A model generated the notes under the pieces. The model was not told the origin of the DNA. It saw only the letters and a program-made list of their open reading frames with translations, and ran no database searches. Positions 12,001 to 24,000 of a stretch of 64,000 bases of DNA are shown here, piece after piece. How positions within the stretch are numbered: position 1 is the first letter of the stretch; every line of letters begins with the position of its first letter. The translations under genes and the position numbers were made by a program. Source of the stretch: Phoronis australis (taxonomy: Eukaryota > Animalia > Phoronida); contig NMRA01000452.1 of the NCBI GenBank assembly GCA_002633005.1, positions 30,767-94,766 on the forward strand. Reading direction: 5' to 3'.

Positions 12001-15000
12001 TTCATCAGTGCAAAATATCTTGTTACTTTTGGAAAGTCTACAAACAATGTCAACCTACTGGCAAGAGCACACAAAATGGCCGCCACTAGATAGAACTCGG
12101 CTTAATCGTCTGATTTTTATGCTCTCACATATTTATATGTGAGAGCATATTACCGTCGATCTCTGCCTGGGTGTCCAGCGTCCGCAGCTGTATCTCCTAA
12201 ACCACTCACAGGATCGTGATGAGATTTGGCAAATGGGTTCCTATCAAGCTGACGACGAATGACGACAAATTTCGAAGCTCTCTGACTACAGGGGGCCCCC
12301 TAGTGGTAATCTTAGTTTTTTACACTCACCACTGTATCTTGGGAGGTACTCAACGTATTTTCACAAAATTTGGAATATATGCATCTATTAGTAAGATGAC
12401 TCTATTCTCTCATTTGCAGATGGATTCGACGTAGTTTGGCCATTTTTTACTGTTTTCGAGTTTTTTTACGTCCACCCCTTCATTAACCAAACCGCTCTTA
12501 GGATGATTGTGAAAATTGGCATGTATGTTCTTGCTATGAAAAGTATGACTGATGATGATTTTCCAACGACTTCAACTACTGTGGCACCTCCTAGTGGCAT
12601 TTTTGCACCCATGGCTGTATCTCCTAAACTGTAAGTGTATTTATATGATGTTGACAACAGACGACGACGACTTGGCAGGGATGGTACTACTGGTTCGCCC
12701 CCTAGTGGCAATGTTTCGTCCAAGGCAGGATTTGAACCCACGACTTCCAGCACCATAACCACTACACCACGGAGTCATCGGTTAGTGGTTAAGGTGCTGG
12801 ACTAGAATAATCTGTACTTTCAGAAGTCGTGGGTTCAAGTCCTGCCTTGGACACAAAATCATACCATGATGAGTGTGCCACACATCCGTGCTCAATTTTC
12901 TAAGAATGCAGGAACACCTGACGATGGCTGGAGAATAGACCGACTGAAATTTCGTGACAGTGTAAATTGACAAGGGGTCAGTGTAAATAGACAAAGAGAT
13001 TTTAATAGTTGTTCGTGAAATTTGGCAAATAATTTTCTAATTGGGAGGTGATAACACCTTTCAGTTATTGGATGAGTTTGAAATATTCTTGGTCATGTAA
13101 TGGGCATTTTTATTATACTAATAAACACCTCATTGAAGCATGCTGTTTGCAATGCAGTCGTGGGTGCATTTTCACGCTCTGCATTTCACTTGTTAGGTTG
13201 TTATGTGTTCTAGAAATTATAATTTTAATTTTGTGAAATATTCTGGAATATTTGGTCGGTTACGCAACACCTTGACGTCTAGAATGTGGCAAGGGGCAAT
13301 TCTGGATGACTGACAAGACATCTGCTCTGCAGGACATCTGGATGCACATCCTCCAGGTGCCCAAATGCCTACTTGTTGCCACCGGTTCAAGGAAACTTTT
13401 TTGCAGTTTTCACGCTTTTTGTTCCTCTGAAAGGGTTTCCTTGGTAATAGTGCTCGACTCATATGCAGCCATCTTTTCTCATATACTCATGGTAAATCTG
13501 CAGAGTTACAATACATACTACTCAGAGAAGAACTGGTTCAATGCACGAGACCATTGTGAATCTTTGGGCGCCCAACTGGCAAGTTTCCATGACAGCGAGA
13601 CAGAGAGGCAAGTTATTGCCAAGGAAATGCGTTCCTCTTACCATGGTGTCCTTTGGGTAGGCTTGAGCTATCCTAATGCATCCACAGGTATGTATGACTC
13701 TGTGGTGCTCTGCTGCTCTCTTGTTGATTTAAACTAACTCTCGGCCTCTCTTTTAAGTACAAGCTCTTGATTTCCACATTGATGCAGTTGGCTAGGAAGC
13801 CGTTTTTCTGAATTCATGGCGTCGAGAGGTAAATTGTAAATGTTTAAAAAAAATCGGGACTGTTAAATGAACTTTGATCTCTGGGGTCACATCAACTTTC
13901 ACCACACTAATCTGGTCGCAGAAGATTGCGTGGAATTGTCTTAATACTCCATAGCGACTGGAAGTGTTAGTGTAAGCCTGCATGACCTTTGTTGTGTGTC
14001 AAGGTCTCTGTCAAAGGGAGTCAGTCTTGAACTAAGACCTGTTGGTGGAACATTTGTTGGCTTATCCAAATTGTCTCTTATGGAGTCCTGCATTTTGAGA
14101 ATCAGTTTGATGCCTGTTATTCAGTTCTCATAATGCGGGACGTCTGAGTGAATATTGCCGCTTTAACCACAAATAAGAGTTCTTCACGCTATAGTCATTC
14201 ACCACTTGTACACTTTGATGGCATTGTAAGAAGTGATTGTTGTGTATTGTTTTTCGGGACCCAATGCCTTGTTTTAGCGTATCAGTTTTAACTACACAAA
14301 GGTGAAAGCGCACGTTCCAAACATGCAGAACTGTTGTAACTCTGACACTACGCTTTGTTTTCATACAGAATGGCAAATCCTTGTAGATGGTAAATACCTT
14401 GACTCACTCTATGCTTGTCGTGATATCAAGAGATAACCATTAGATTACCTGGACAGGAAACTGTGCCATCTTTTGACAGTTGCACACTTTTCTTGCTGTT
14501 TTATGTTTTGAACAACTTTTGCACACTGTCTGCCACTGCAGCGCCCGAATGGAGTGATGGAACACCATACGACTACACGAACTGGGAGACTGGCCAGCCA
14601 AATAACCATAATGGGGCAGAGCGCTGTGTTGAGTTCAATGTACGTTCTAAGCAGTGGCGAGACAAGAACTGCGCCGTCACCCAGGGATGGGTGTGTCAGA
14701 TCGATGCCAACATCCCTCTATGGACGACCACAGCCACACCTCAGCCAGTGATAAGTATGTGCGCAGATTGTGGGAACATTTGCCCTAAAGGAATTTTGAT
14801 ACACCTCCACCACAAGTGACACACATTGCTATTGATTCAGGGCTCTGCTTTTTTCCAATGCAGTTGACAAATTTATCGAAATTGTTTTGTCTGTTTTCTT
14901 GAATAATGTACAGTACACGCCAAAAGTATTCAGACAACAATTATCCAGAATTCCCTGTCATGATGGCTGAACCAAAGTATTCAAACAAAAATTACCCAGA

Positions 15001-18000
15001 ATTCCCTGTCATGATGGCTGAACCAAAGTATTCAGACAAAAATTACCCAGAATTCAATGTCATGATGGCTGAACCAAAGTATTCAGAAAAAATGACCCGG
15101 AATTCCCTGTTGGGACCCAGAATTTCTCATCATGACCTAGAATGTTGTGTCGTGACAACTGGGCGGGAGCCAGCTTATCATCAGGTTAAGGATTGAGGAA
15201 AAATTGACAGAAAGGTTTGTAAGGTAGCTAAGCCAGTCTGTCATTATGTTTCTACCGTAATGGTCATTACCTTTCTTCGATTTAGGCGGTGTGATTGAGA
15301 AATGGTATCTTGTCCGATTGATTTGTCTTGTACGGTACAGAGCTTTTACTTTCACAAATTTCTCTGTTGAATTTTTGAAGATTCCGTTCAGACTATGTAG
15401 GAACTCATGCTTTGCACTTGTGTTACACATTATTCTTGTTTTTATTTGTAGCTGATAGTCCCTGTGGCGACCCCAAGTGGATTGCTTACAACAACCAATG
15501 TTATTATGTCGCCCCTGACTATGGGACTGAGGCGAAGCTCAGCTGGCAGGGGGCGCGTAATTGGTGCATGGTCAGAGGGGCACATCTCACTAGTATTCAC
15601 AACATGGCTGAAAACAACTTCCTTGTTACCATGGTAATAATTAACTTTGGTGTCGTGTAGTATTAGGTGTGCATAGGCTCCATAACACTGGTCACTTGCA
15701 AGGCACAATATGATGAGAAAGTTTTGCTTGTGCAACGGAAATAGTAAATTGTAACATTTTGGTGTTGCTGTTTAATTGTACTCAGCGACAGATATTTTGT
15801 TAATGTACGCTGGTGAGGTCCCGCAGAGGCGGATCTACGGGGGGGGTTCAGGGGGTTTAAACCCCCCCCTCGGGCCAGGACCCAAAAATTAAAAAAACAA
15901 AAAACGAAACAAAAACGTCTCCAGCAAAACAAAAACGCCGGCACCGCCAGCGTGTGTAAACCCCAAGTAAACCAACCTGGAAAAAATGAGGGGGGGGGGG
16001 NNNNNNNNNNNNNNNNNNNNNNNNNNNNNNNNNNNNNNNNNNNNNNNNNNNNNNNNNNNNNNNNNNNNNNNNNNNNNNNNNNNNNNNNNNNNNNNNNNNN
16101 NNNNNNNNNNNNNNNNNNNNNNNNNNNNNNNNNNNNNNNNNNNNNNNNNNNNNNNNNNNNNNNNNNNNNNNNNNNNNNNNNNNNNNNNNNNNNNNNNNNN
16201 NNNNNNNNNNNNNNNNNNNNNNNNNNNNNNNNNNNNNNNNNNNNNNNNNNNNNNNNNNNNNNNNNNNNNNNNNNNNNNNNNNNNNNNNNNNNNNNNNNNN
16301 NNNNNNNNNNNNNNNNNNNNNNNNNNNNNNNNNNNNNNNNNNNNNNNNNNNNNNNNNNNNNNNNNNNNNNNNNNNNNNNNNNNNNNNNNNNNNNNNNNNN
16401 NNNNNNNNNNNNNNNNNNNNNNNNNNNNNNNNNNNNNNNNNNNNNNNNNNNNNNNNNNNNNNNNNNNNNNNNNNNNNNNNNNNNNNNNNNNNNNNNNNNN
16501 NNNNNNNNNNNNNNNNNNNNNNNNNNNNNNNNNNNNNNNNNNNNNNNNNNNNNNNNNNNNNNNNNNNNNNNNNNNNNNNNNNNNNNNNNNNNNNNNNNNN
16601 NNNNNNNNNNNNNNNNNNNNNNNNNNNNNNNNNNNNNNNNNNNNNNNNNNNNNNNNNNNNNNNNNNNNNNNNNNNNNNNNNNNNNNNNNNNNNNNNNNNN
16701 NNNNNNNNNNNNNNNNNNNNNNNNNNNNNNNNNNNNNNNNNNNNNNNNNNNNNNNNNNNNNNNNNNNNNNNNNNNNNNNNNNNNNNNNNNNNNNNNNNNN
16801 NNNNNNNNNNNNNNNNNNNNNNNNNNNNNNNNNNNNNNNNNNNNNNNNNNNNNNNNNNNNNNNNNNNNNNNNNNNNNNNNNNNNNNNNNNNNNNNNNNNN
16901 NNNNNNNNNNNNNNNNNNNNNNNNNNNNNNNNNNNNNNNNNNNNNNNNNNNNNNNNNNNNNNNNNNNNNNNNNNNNNNNNNNNNNNCCATCGTTTGCCAG
17001 TTTTTCTCATAATTAGACAGAACACATGTTTATTTCCAGACTAACAGTACAGGTCTTCGTTCTTAAACAACTTGAGGCTGCTGTTACGCGATCATCTGTT
17101 ATTCAATGTTTTACTCCCCGTCGGGTGCTCCTTATGCTCTTGAATATTTGGTAGTTGTCTAACCCCCCACACACACCACACTTTTTCATATACGACTTTT
17201 CGTATGCTAAAAAGGTGTGTATAAGCAGATGTTCCAACAAAAATTTTTGCTGGTGGCGTAATTCATACCCAGATGTGCACAAATATGATTTCACGAAACT
17301 TGTGAGCCACGTTCATGCGACGAAATCGAGAAGGGTTTTAAATTATCTTAAGAAAAACTCAAGAGACATGTTATTAGTGCCAGAAACTTACCAGGATGCA
17401 TGGAAATTTCACTATTTGGCTACAAAAACAAAAAAATGGTCTTACACGGAGGGGGGAAACCCCCCTCCCGACCTCCCCCCTCTCGGCGCCACGTGCCTCG
17501 GATTCGACCTTTGCGGGAATCCTAAACCCCCCCTTACTGAAAACGTAGATCCGCCCCTGTCCCGAGGTCTTGTCTCATGCTATCTGGTCACGATGGCCGC
17601 ATTGCTAGCTGTAAGTCATCTGTATTGAAGACTGCACGTTCTAGGCAAAATATCAAAACTCAACATACGCGATCTTCTGAAAGGTTCCATAAAGTTGTTC
17701 TTAAGTAGTTCACCTCAGGCTGCCATATCAGTTACACTAATAGAATGTTCATTTTACTGTTTGTGAGTCACACTGACAGTGTACTAAAGGACTCGCACCT
17801 GAAGGTAGCTCAATTATTAACTTTATTGTTAGTGTGTCAGGTTTGATGCTTCAAAATATATTGTTTACGGGAAAGACAATTTCACCTCCATTATAACACA
17901 GATAAGGCCGGCATAAACAATGTTTAAGTGAAGTCCTAGGGTGATTTTTAACCCAAGTCAACTCAATCCACAGAGTGAAGCTCATGCTCAGAATGATGTT

Positions 18001-21000
18001 GTCTCTACTTTCATAAAAGAAAATGGGCAAAAATTAAAATGTGCATTAGATCAAAGTAACCAGGGCAGCTACGTCCATAGGGTGGATTTTCAAATCCGTC
18101 CTATTCGCCTAATGTTTTCTGGTTCATGCTTTTCAGCTGGGCAAGAAGAGTAGGCAGGAAAAGATGTGGATTGGATTGAATAAGCTGAACTACGCTGGAT
18201 GGCAGTAAGACTAAATTTATTTACTTTCCATCGTAGAATGGGAACATCTGACATCATGGGGTTGTCTGGGAGATTCAGCCACATGCGATCTAAATGTGAC
18301 ACTTCTGTGTGGACAGTTACACTTAGGAGTGGAAAATCACTGACTAAACATTATTGAGGACCTTCTTAGACAGCTGTGTTCGACACTGATGAGCTTGCTC
18401 TAAGTCAGCTAGGTAGAATTTGAACTGACTTTTTTGTTTGAATTGATTTGTTGACAATCAATTCAAAGTCTGGCCTACGGAAGCCAACCGTTGTGAGTAT
18501 ATCCTGAAAGATTCCGTGTCAGACAAATCTGCAATTATGTTGACTGGTAGCTTAAATTCATGAGCCCGTCTGATTTTAGAAGGGTTTGCAACCTGCTAAA
18601 ATTATTAATCTGAATGATTTGCGCATGCGCAGATAGCACCTATAAGTTATCAAGACACTGGCAGGTTTGGTAGTTGCTTGAAATATGACATTGTGATATT
18701 GTTTGAGTGTGTTGCTTTCACTGGCTATGTCGACTGGCTCCTATAGTTATTTGATTGACTATTTCAGTGTCATTCAAAACTTCCAGCTCATGTCTGTCTA
18801 GTGATTCTCTGTGCAGAATATACTGTAATTGTCATCAGTTTTGCATCCTTCAATGACTATGTCCTTGCCTTTTGTCTAGGCTGGTAAACAAAGTGATTAG
18901 GAACAATTTCCTACAATTTTGCCACATAGTTATCTAGTGGCAGTTTCCTCAATTTACATCAATTTGTTTTTGTCACATTTCACCCCGTCTAGCTCATTAA
19001 AAGAAACAAAATGGACTTAGGCCTTTTACTCTTAATTAGTCTTGTAATATCTTGTAATATATCTTGGCTTTTGTGTTCCTACTGAAAAGAGCTTGGCTGA
19101 CGGGATGATGAGTTTTGGATGGTTCACATTACTATGGCGCCCCCTATTGCCAAGTTTATTGTACTGTGGCTCAATATCTACCAAGTTTCTTGATGTGTCA
19201 GGGAATGTGCTCGTATTGACGAGAGTACAGCTGACGTGGATTTTGGGGTGAAGCATACTGGTGTGGAGTCATCCTGTGGTAACTTTGGTTGTCATGGCAT
19301 TTGTCACGATATCTGTCAAGTTCCTTGACGAATGTTCAGAATTTTGCATTGAGTTACTAACATGGAGGCATCAGAACCCGTCCCCTAGTGGTAGTTTTTA
19401 TTTTTACATTCTGTTCTTCTTTGTCCGCCTCCCTATCTGTGAAACTGTTTGCAGGAAGATGATGTGTGTTCCTGTCAGGAAATCATTGTTTATATGCTTT
19501 GCACTTCGTAGAGGCAATTTGTCAATGCTCCATCTAGCACTTATGTTAATTATCTCGTGGGCAGTGTTGTCGCTGTTTCCTGTGAAATTAAAATAATTGT
19601 TTTGACGTCCTTGGGCAGGAAACTGTAATTTTCACGGAACATACTTGTGTGCCGACCGAGCCAAAAGTATGCCATTAAATTGGTTGCTTTAATTCAAATA
19701 GTGAAAATGAAACAGTCTTTGTAGTGATGGTTTAACCAAGTCAATGTGTTCACAATGTTTTGTTTGTTCATACCACACTGGCTATATACAGATTAGTGCT
19801 ACCAGGCCGTTATTGTTCCAGAATTTCTAAGAATAAATATCAAGTCATAAGACTTTTAGGATCAGTGTACAAAACTGACAATCCCAGAATGCAGTGTTTT
19901 GTGCTGGTCTTTTTGTAATTTGTTTTCTTTAGTTTGCCCATCAGTAAAGGCATTGAAGTTGCTATGTCTCATTAAAACCATAAATATTTAAATTTGTAGC
20001 AAGCGCCACCTAGTGACTTCCTGGAGCACTGTGTGAGCAGGTGTAATTTAGAAAAAAAAAAAAACAATTTTTAAATAATGCAATTTTGAAGAAAACTCCA
20101 AAACTGATACACTTAAAAACAGTGTGAACAAATAGAAGACCTTTAAGTTAGTAATTCCAAATATTATGTAATCGTTATTTGATAGGGAAATGAACAAATA
20201 GTAAAAACTGTACAATGTTTTTATTAAGGTAACGATGTCATATTATCATACTCATTTACATAAAAATAGTCTCTCAATACGAGACTTTTGCAAGATTGTA
20301 ATGATAACTGGATCTCTGATGGTTTCTGGCACACCGGAAGACCTGGGGTTTGTACACTTGTACTTCATTTGCATTTTCACAATTTAATGAGACATAGCAT
20401 CTTTAACTGTTTGTGTAGGTTGATATTTATTTATTTCATCATCAGCCATTGGCTAGAACTGTACAGCGTAGTATCTGAAATTTGTTTGGAAGCATAGAGC
20501 TGAAATACTTTGTAAGTGAAGCAATGCTCATGGCAATATTTTGATCATCTATGAATGATTTTTTTTCTATTTGTTGTTGTAAGCTAGTCTTTTCCTGTCA
20601 ATTTGCAATTCTAAATGTAGGTGGGCAGATGGTTCGCCTACGGACATGATCAACTGGTCGGAAAATGAACCTAATGATGTGATTGGTGGACAGAGTTGTG
20701 TGGATCTGTACATCTTCAATGGTAAGACAAGGCAATGGAAGTTGCTTTTCAAACTTCTTATTAAGTTTTCACGAACTAGTGACGTGTTCACAGACTAGTG
20801 ACGTGTTCACGGACTAGTGACGTGTTCACGGACTAGTGACGTGTTCACGGACTAGTGACGTGTTCACATCCGCTACTCTAGGTTGACTCACTCTTTTTTC
20901 AAATTCAGTACAAGAGTCACATAATGCTCTCTGTGTATCTGTTGTTCACTTACTCCCTCTATGGGCCACAAGTGAAGTTTGATGATGTTACATTATTGCA

Positions 21001-24000
21001 TGAAAATAAAGCCAGAAAAGTTTAATGTTGTGCTGGTTTGGTGTATACTTGGCAGATATCACGTAAAATGAATTAATATTATTATCATTATTACTATTGT
21101 TGTTGTTTTTAGCGATGTAATCAGCCGTTGAAAAATCAAAAAATTGTGCAAATTCTCAAAATTAAAGAAAAAATGATGTAATTAAGCTGATGAAAGTATC
21201 AGAAGTCCCGTATCATGTGCACTGGCTTCTGTCCGATGTCTCAGGTCATTGGAATGACGACAACTGTGGCGAGAAACTGGGTTATGTCTGCCAGCGCCCT
21301 CTAGGGGGGCATCCGACCAGAACCGTGCCAGCAACGACCATCAGCCCTGGCTTCTGTCCGCTTGGCTACACTGCTGTTGGTGAGTTGTCTCCAGTAAATT
21401 TTCTGATCATCGTGAAAATGCCATAAACAGCCACAAAACTGACTAAAACAGCTTCTTGATTCACCCTTGCCAGCCGCCATACTCTTTTGTGAATCAGCCA
21501 CGAGTGTCCAATTAGAGGTGAAATGCGACTATTTCCAGTTGATTGCCTTGACGACTTCCAAGGTCATAAACCAATCTCAACTGGCAAACACTTGTTACTA
21601 TTTTACTTTCTATACTAGGTTGAATTGAGTTCTTATAACTTTCTGACTTTGTTTGCTACCTTTTCCTGTCATAGTCAGAAACTAGTCATGCTCAGGGCTG
21701 CCAACTGCTATGTTCTTTTTAGTAGCTAAAATCACTATGTACAGCCTTCCATGGATTTTGAACATTTATTTATCTTCAAAAAATATAGCACTGAAAATAA
21801 AAATCCACTGAAAATAAAAGATGTCTTAAAAGTTTAAGAGTTTTGAAGCATCGCATCGGCAACAATCGAAACACCAGAAAATGACGGATTATCCGAGAGT
21901 GTAAGATCTGACCAATAAAATCCTGAGTAATGAAATTTACATTGTACAAGATTTCTCTTTCATGATTGGCCAATTACAGTTCATTTGTGATAGATTGACC
22001 AATGGAAATTGTGCTTAATTGACTTTGCATTGTGGAATATTGTCTGCTTTGCATTGTGGGATATCATCTCCTTTTGAAGTCGCGCCAAAATATCAAAAGT
22101 GGAATTTCGAAGATGAACATTCTGAGGAATTGGATTAAATTTAGAAAACAAGTAAAAGAATTCACACCATTTTATCACATTGACTCAGCAGTGAGAAACC
22201 CACCTCCCCCCGGGTTCCTGCAACATCAGCATGGATCAATAAATTACAATGGGATATCGAGATTTCTTGGACTGTGGTCTGGTAGCGAGAAATCAACCTT
22301 ACTGGCAGCAGGAGCCAGAAAACTATCAATGTGATGAGCTGAGTTTTACGTAATGTTGCTTTTTAGTAAAACACAGTTTGAAATCGTTGTTTTGAGTGCA
22401 TCACACCAATGTTTGATTGAAGTGCAACCTTTATGTTGGATGTCGTACAAGTTTTCACATGCAACAAAGGGATTGTGGGTGTAATGGGTTGGAGTTCTGT
22501 GTGAACCCTTTCTTCATACAACTGTTCCAGTAGGTCTGTGTTGGTAAACACAGCTTAACAAAGGCTTTATGGTCCCAGCTAAGAAGATAAGTTTTATTAC
22601 CCCCTATGGATAGCTGCTAAGAGAACTCGCATTCATCCCTAAGCACATACAGTAGAGCAGTCATGTTAACTTTAAGTTACAAAAACCTTAGTTTGTAAAT
22701 TTTTGAAAATAGACTATAGGCAAACATTCATATACGGACCTTTCAAAAACATCCAGTGAAAAAGAATAAATGCCCAGACATATTTTTGGAAATGGGGGGT
22801 TATTTTCGGGAACCGTGTTGAACATTTTTGATGCAGTTTTAAAGCAAATAATTATCATATTTCACTCAAAACTGTTTTCAAAGTACATGAGAGTGAGCAA
22901 TTGATCGTGGAGTTCTGAAATCACATCAGATCTGTTTTGACTGATAAATGTTGTAAGGTCAGCCACACTGAGATGAGACTGCCACCAAGTAGCACGTTTC
23001 TACTAAAGGCAAATGGAATGCTGTTCAACGAAACTTGCCTATTTTGACTTATGGAACACTTTGAGAACAATTTCAGTTCATTGAACCTACGTGTAGCCAT
23101 AAATTGTTCTCACCATCACTTAGTTGTGATTGTATTACTGCCAAATTGCTAGTAATTGTAGACAATTTGACAGTGTTGCTTCTAGCTAAATTGCATTTCT
23201 TTTTGAATGGCCAGACTTTGTTGCTAAGGTTACATGTCGAACATATATTATGTTCTTGTTTATTGTGCAATAAAGGTTTTCACCGAATGTTTCGGGCATT
23301 TGTGTTGGCCGCTGAGGTCCTCCATAAGTTTCATGTTTCGGGAACACCGGTGACAAACTAAACAATTGCTTTCAGAATTGTTATTTTGTAACTCATGTTT
23401 GTGTTTGGTTTGGTAATTTTATTTCCGAGTCCATTCTGTATCAAAAATGAAGCTGCGCTGCTGACAATGTCTGCGGTTTGCTATAAACATTTTGATATTA
23501 ATTGGTTCGCTATGAGCAGTAGAGGCACAAATTGGCCACGATTAGACCCAAGGTATGTGACATTAACCCTGGGTATGTGACTCTAAGGGGGTTATACCCA
23601 GGGTAAGCGACATTAACCCAGGGTTTGTGACATTAACCCAGGGTATGCGACATTAACCCAGGGTATGTGGCACTAAGGTGACTGAGGCTACTACAATAAA
23701 ACAGGCTGCTTATTGTGTTGTTCTGTAATACATAAGGTTAGTTATGGCGAGATTAAAGGCTGGGCCACCCTGAAAGTATTAAGCTGAAAAGAATGTCCCC
23801 TTAATTTGGACTGTTGTTTGCACAAGGATTGTTTTCACATTAAACTTAGCTGTGAGGCTTCAGTGGAACTACGTCAAGCTCTGGAAAATTTATAGCACTG
23901 AATTTGTATTTGGCAGTGAGATGAAAAATAAGTTGGGGTAATAAAATATTGTTGTTAAACTGTGGTGCACAATTTGATGTTATTTATAAATATTTATTTA

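Noticed and set aside
12781-12852. Functional tRNA gene
   Set aside because: A/B boxes are present but there is no convincing acceptor or anticodon stem; treated as SINE-derived
14906-15196. ORF with repeated PKYS..NYPEFPVMMAE
   Set aside because: Translation of the 57-bp intronic minisatellite; no supported splice sites
15857-17044. ORFs of 350-380 aa
   Set aside because: Artefacts of the N gap
6930-23672. Short tandem arrays as CRISPR
   Set aside because: No unique spacers, no cas genes, eukaryotic intron context
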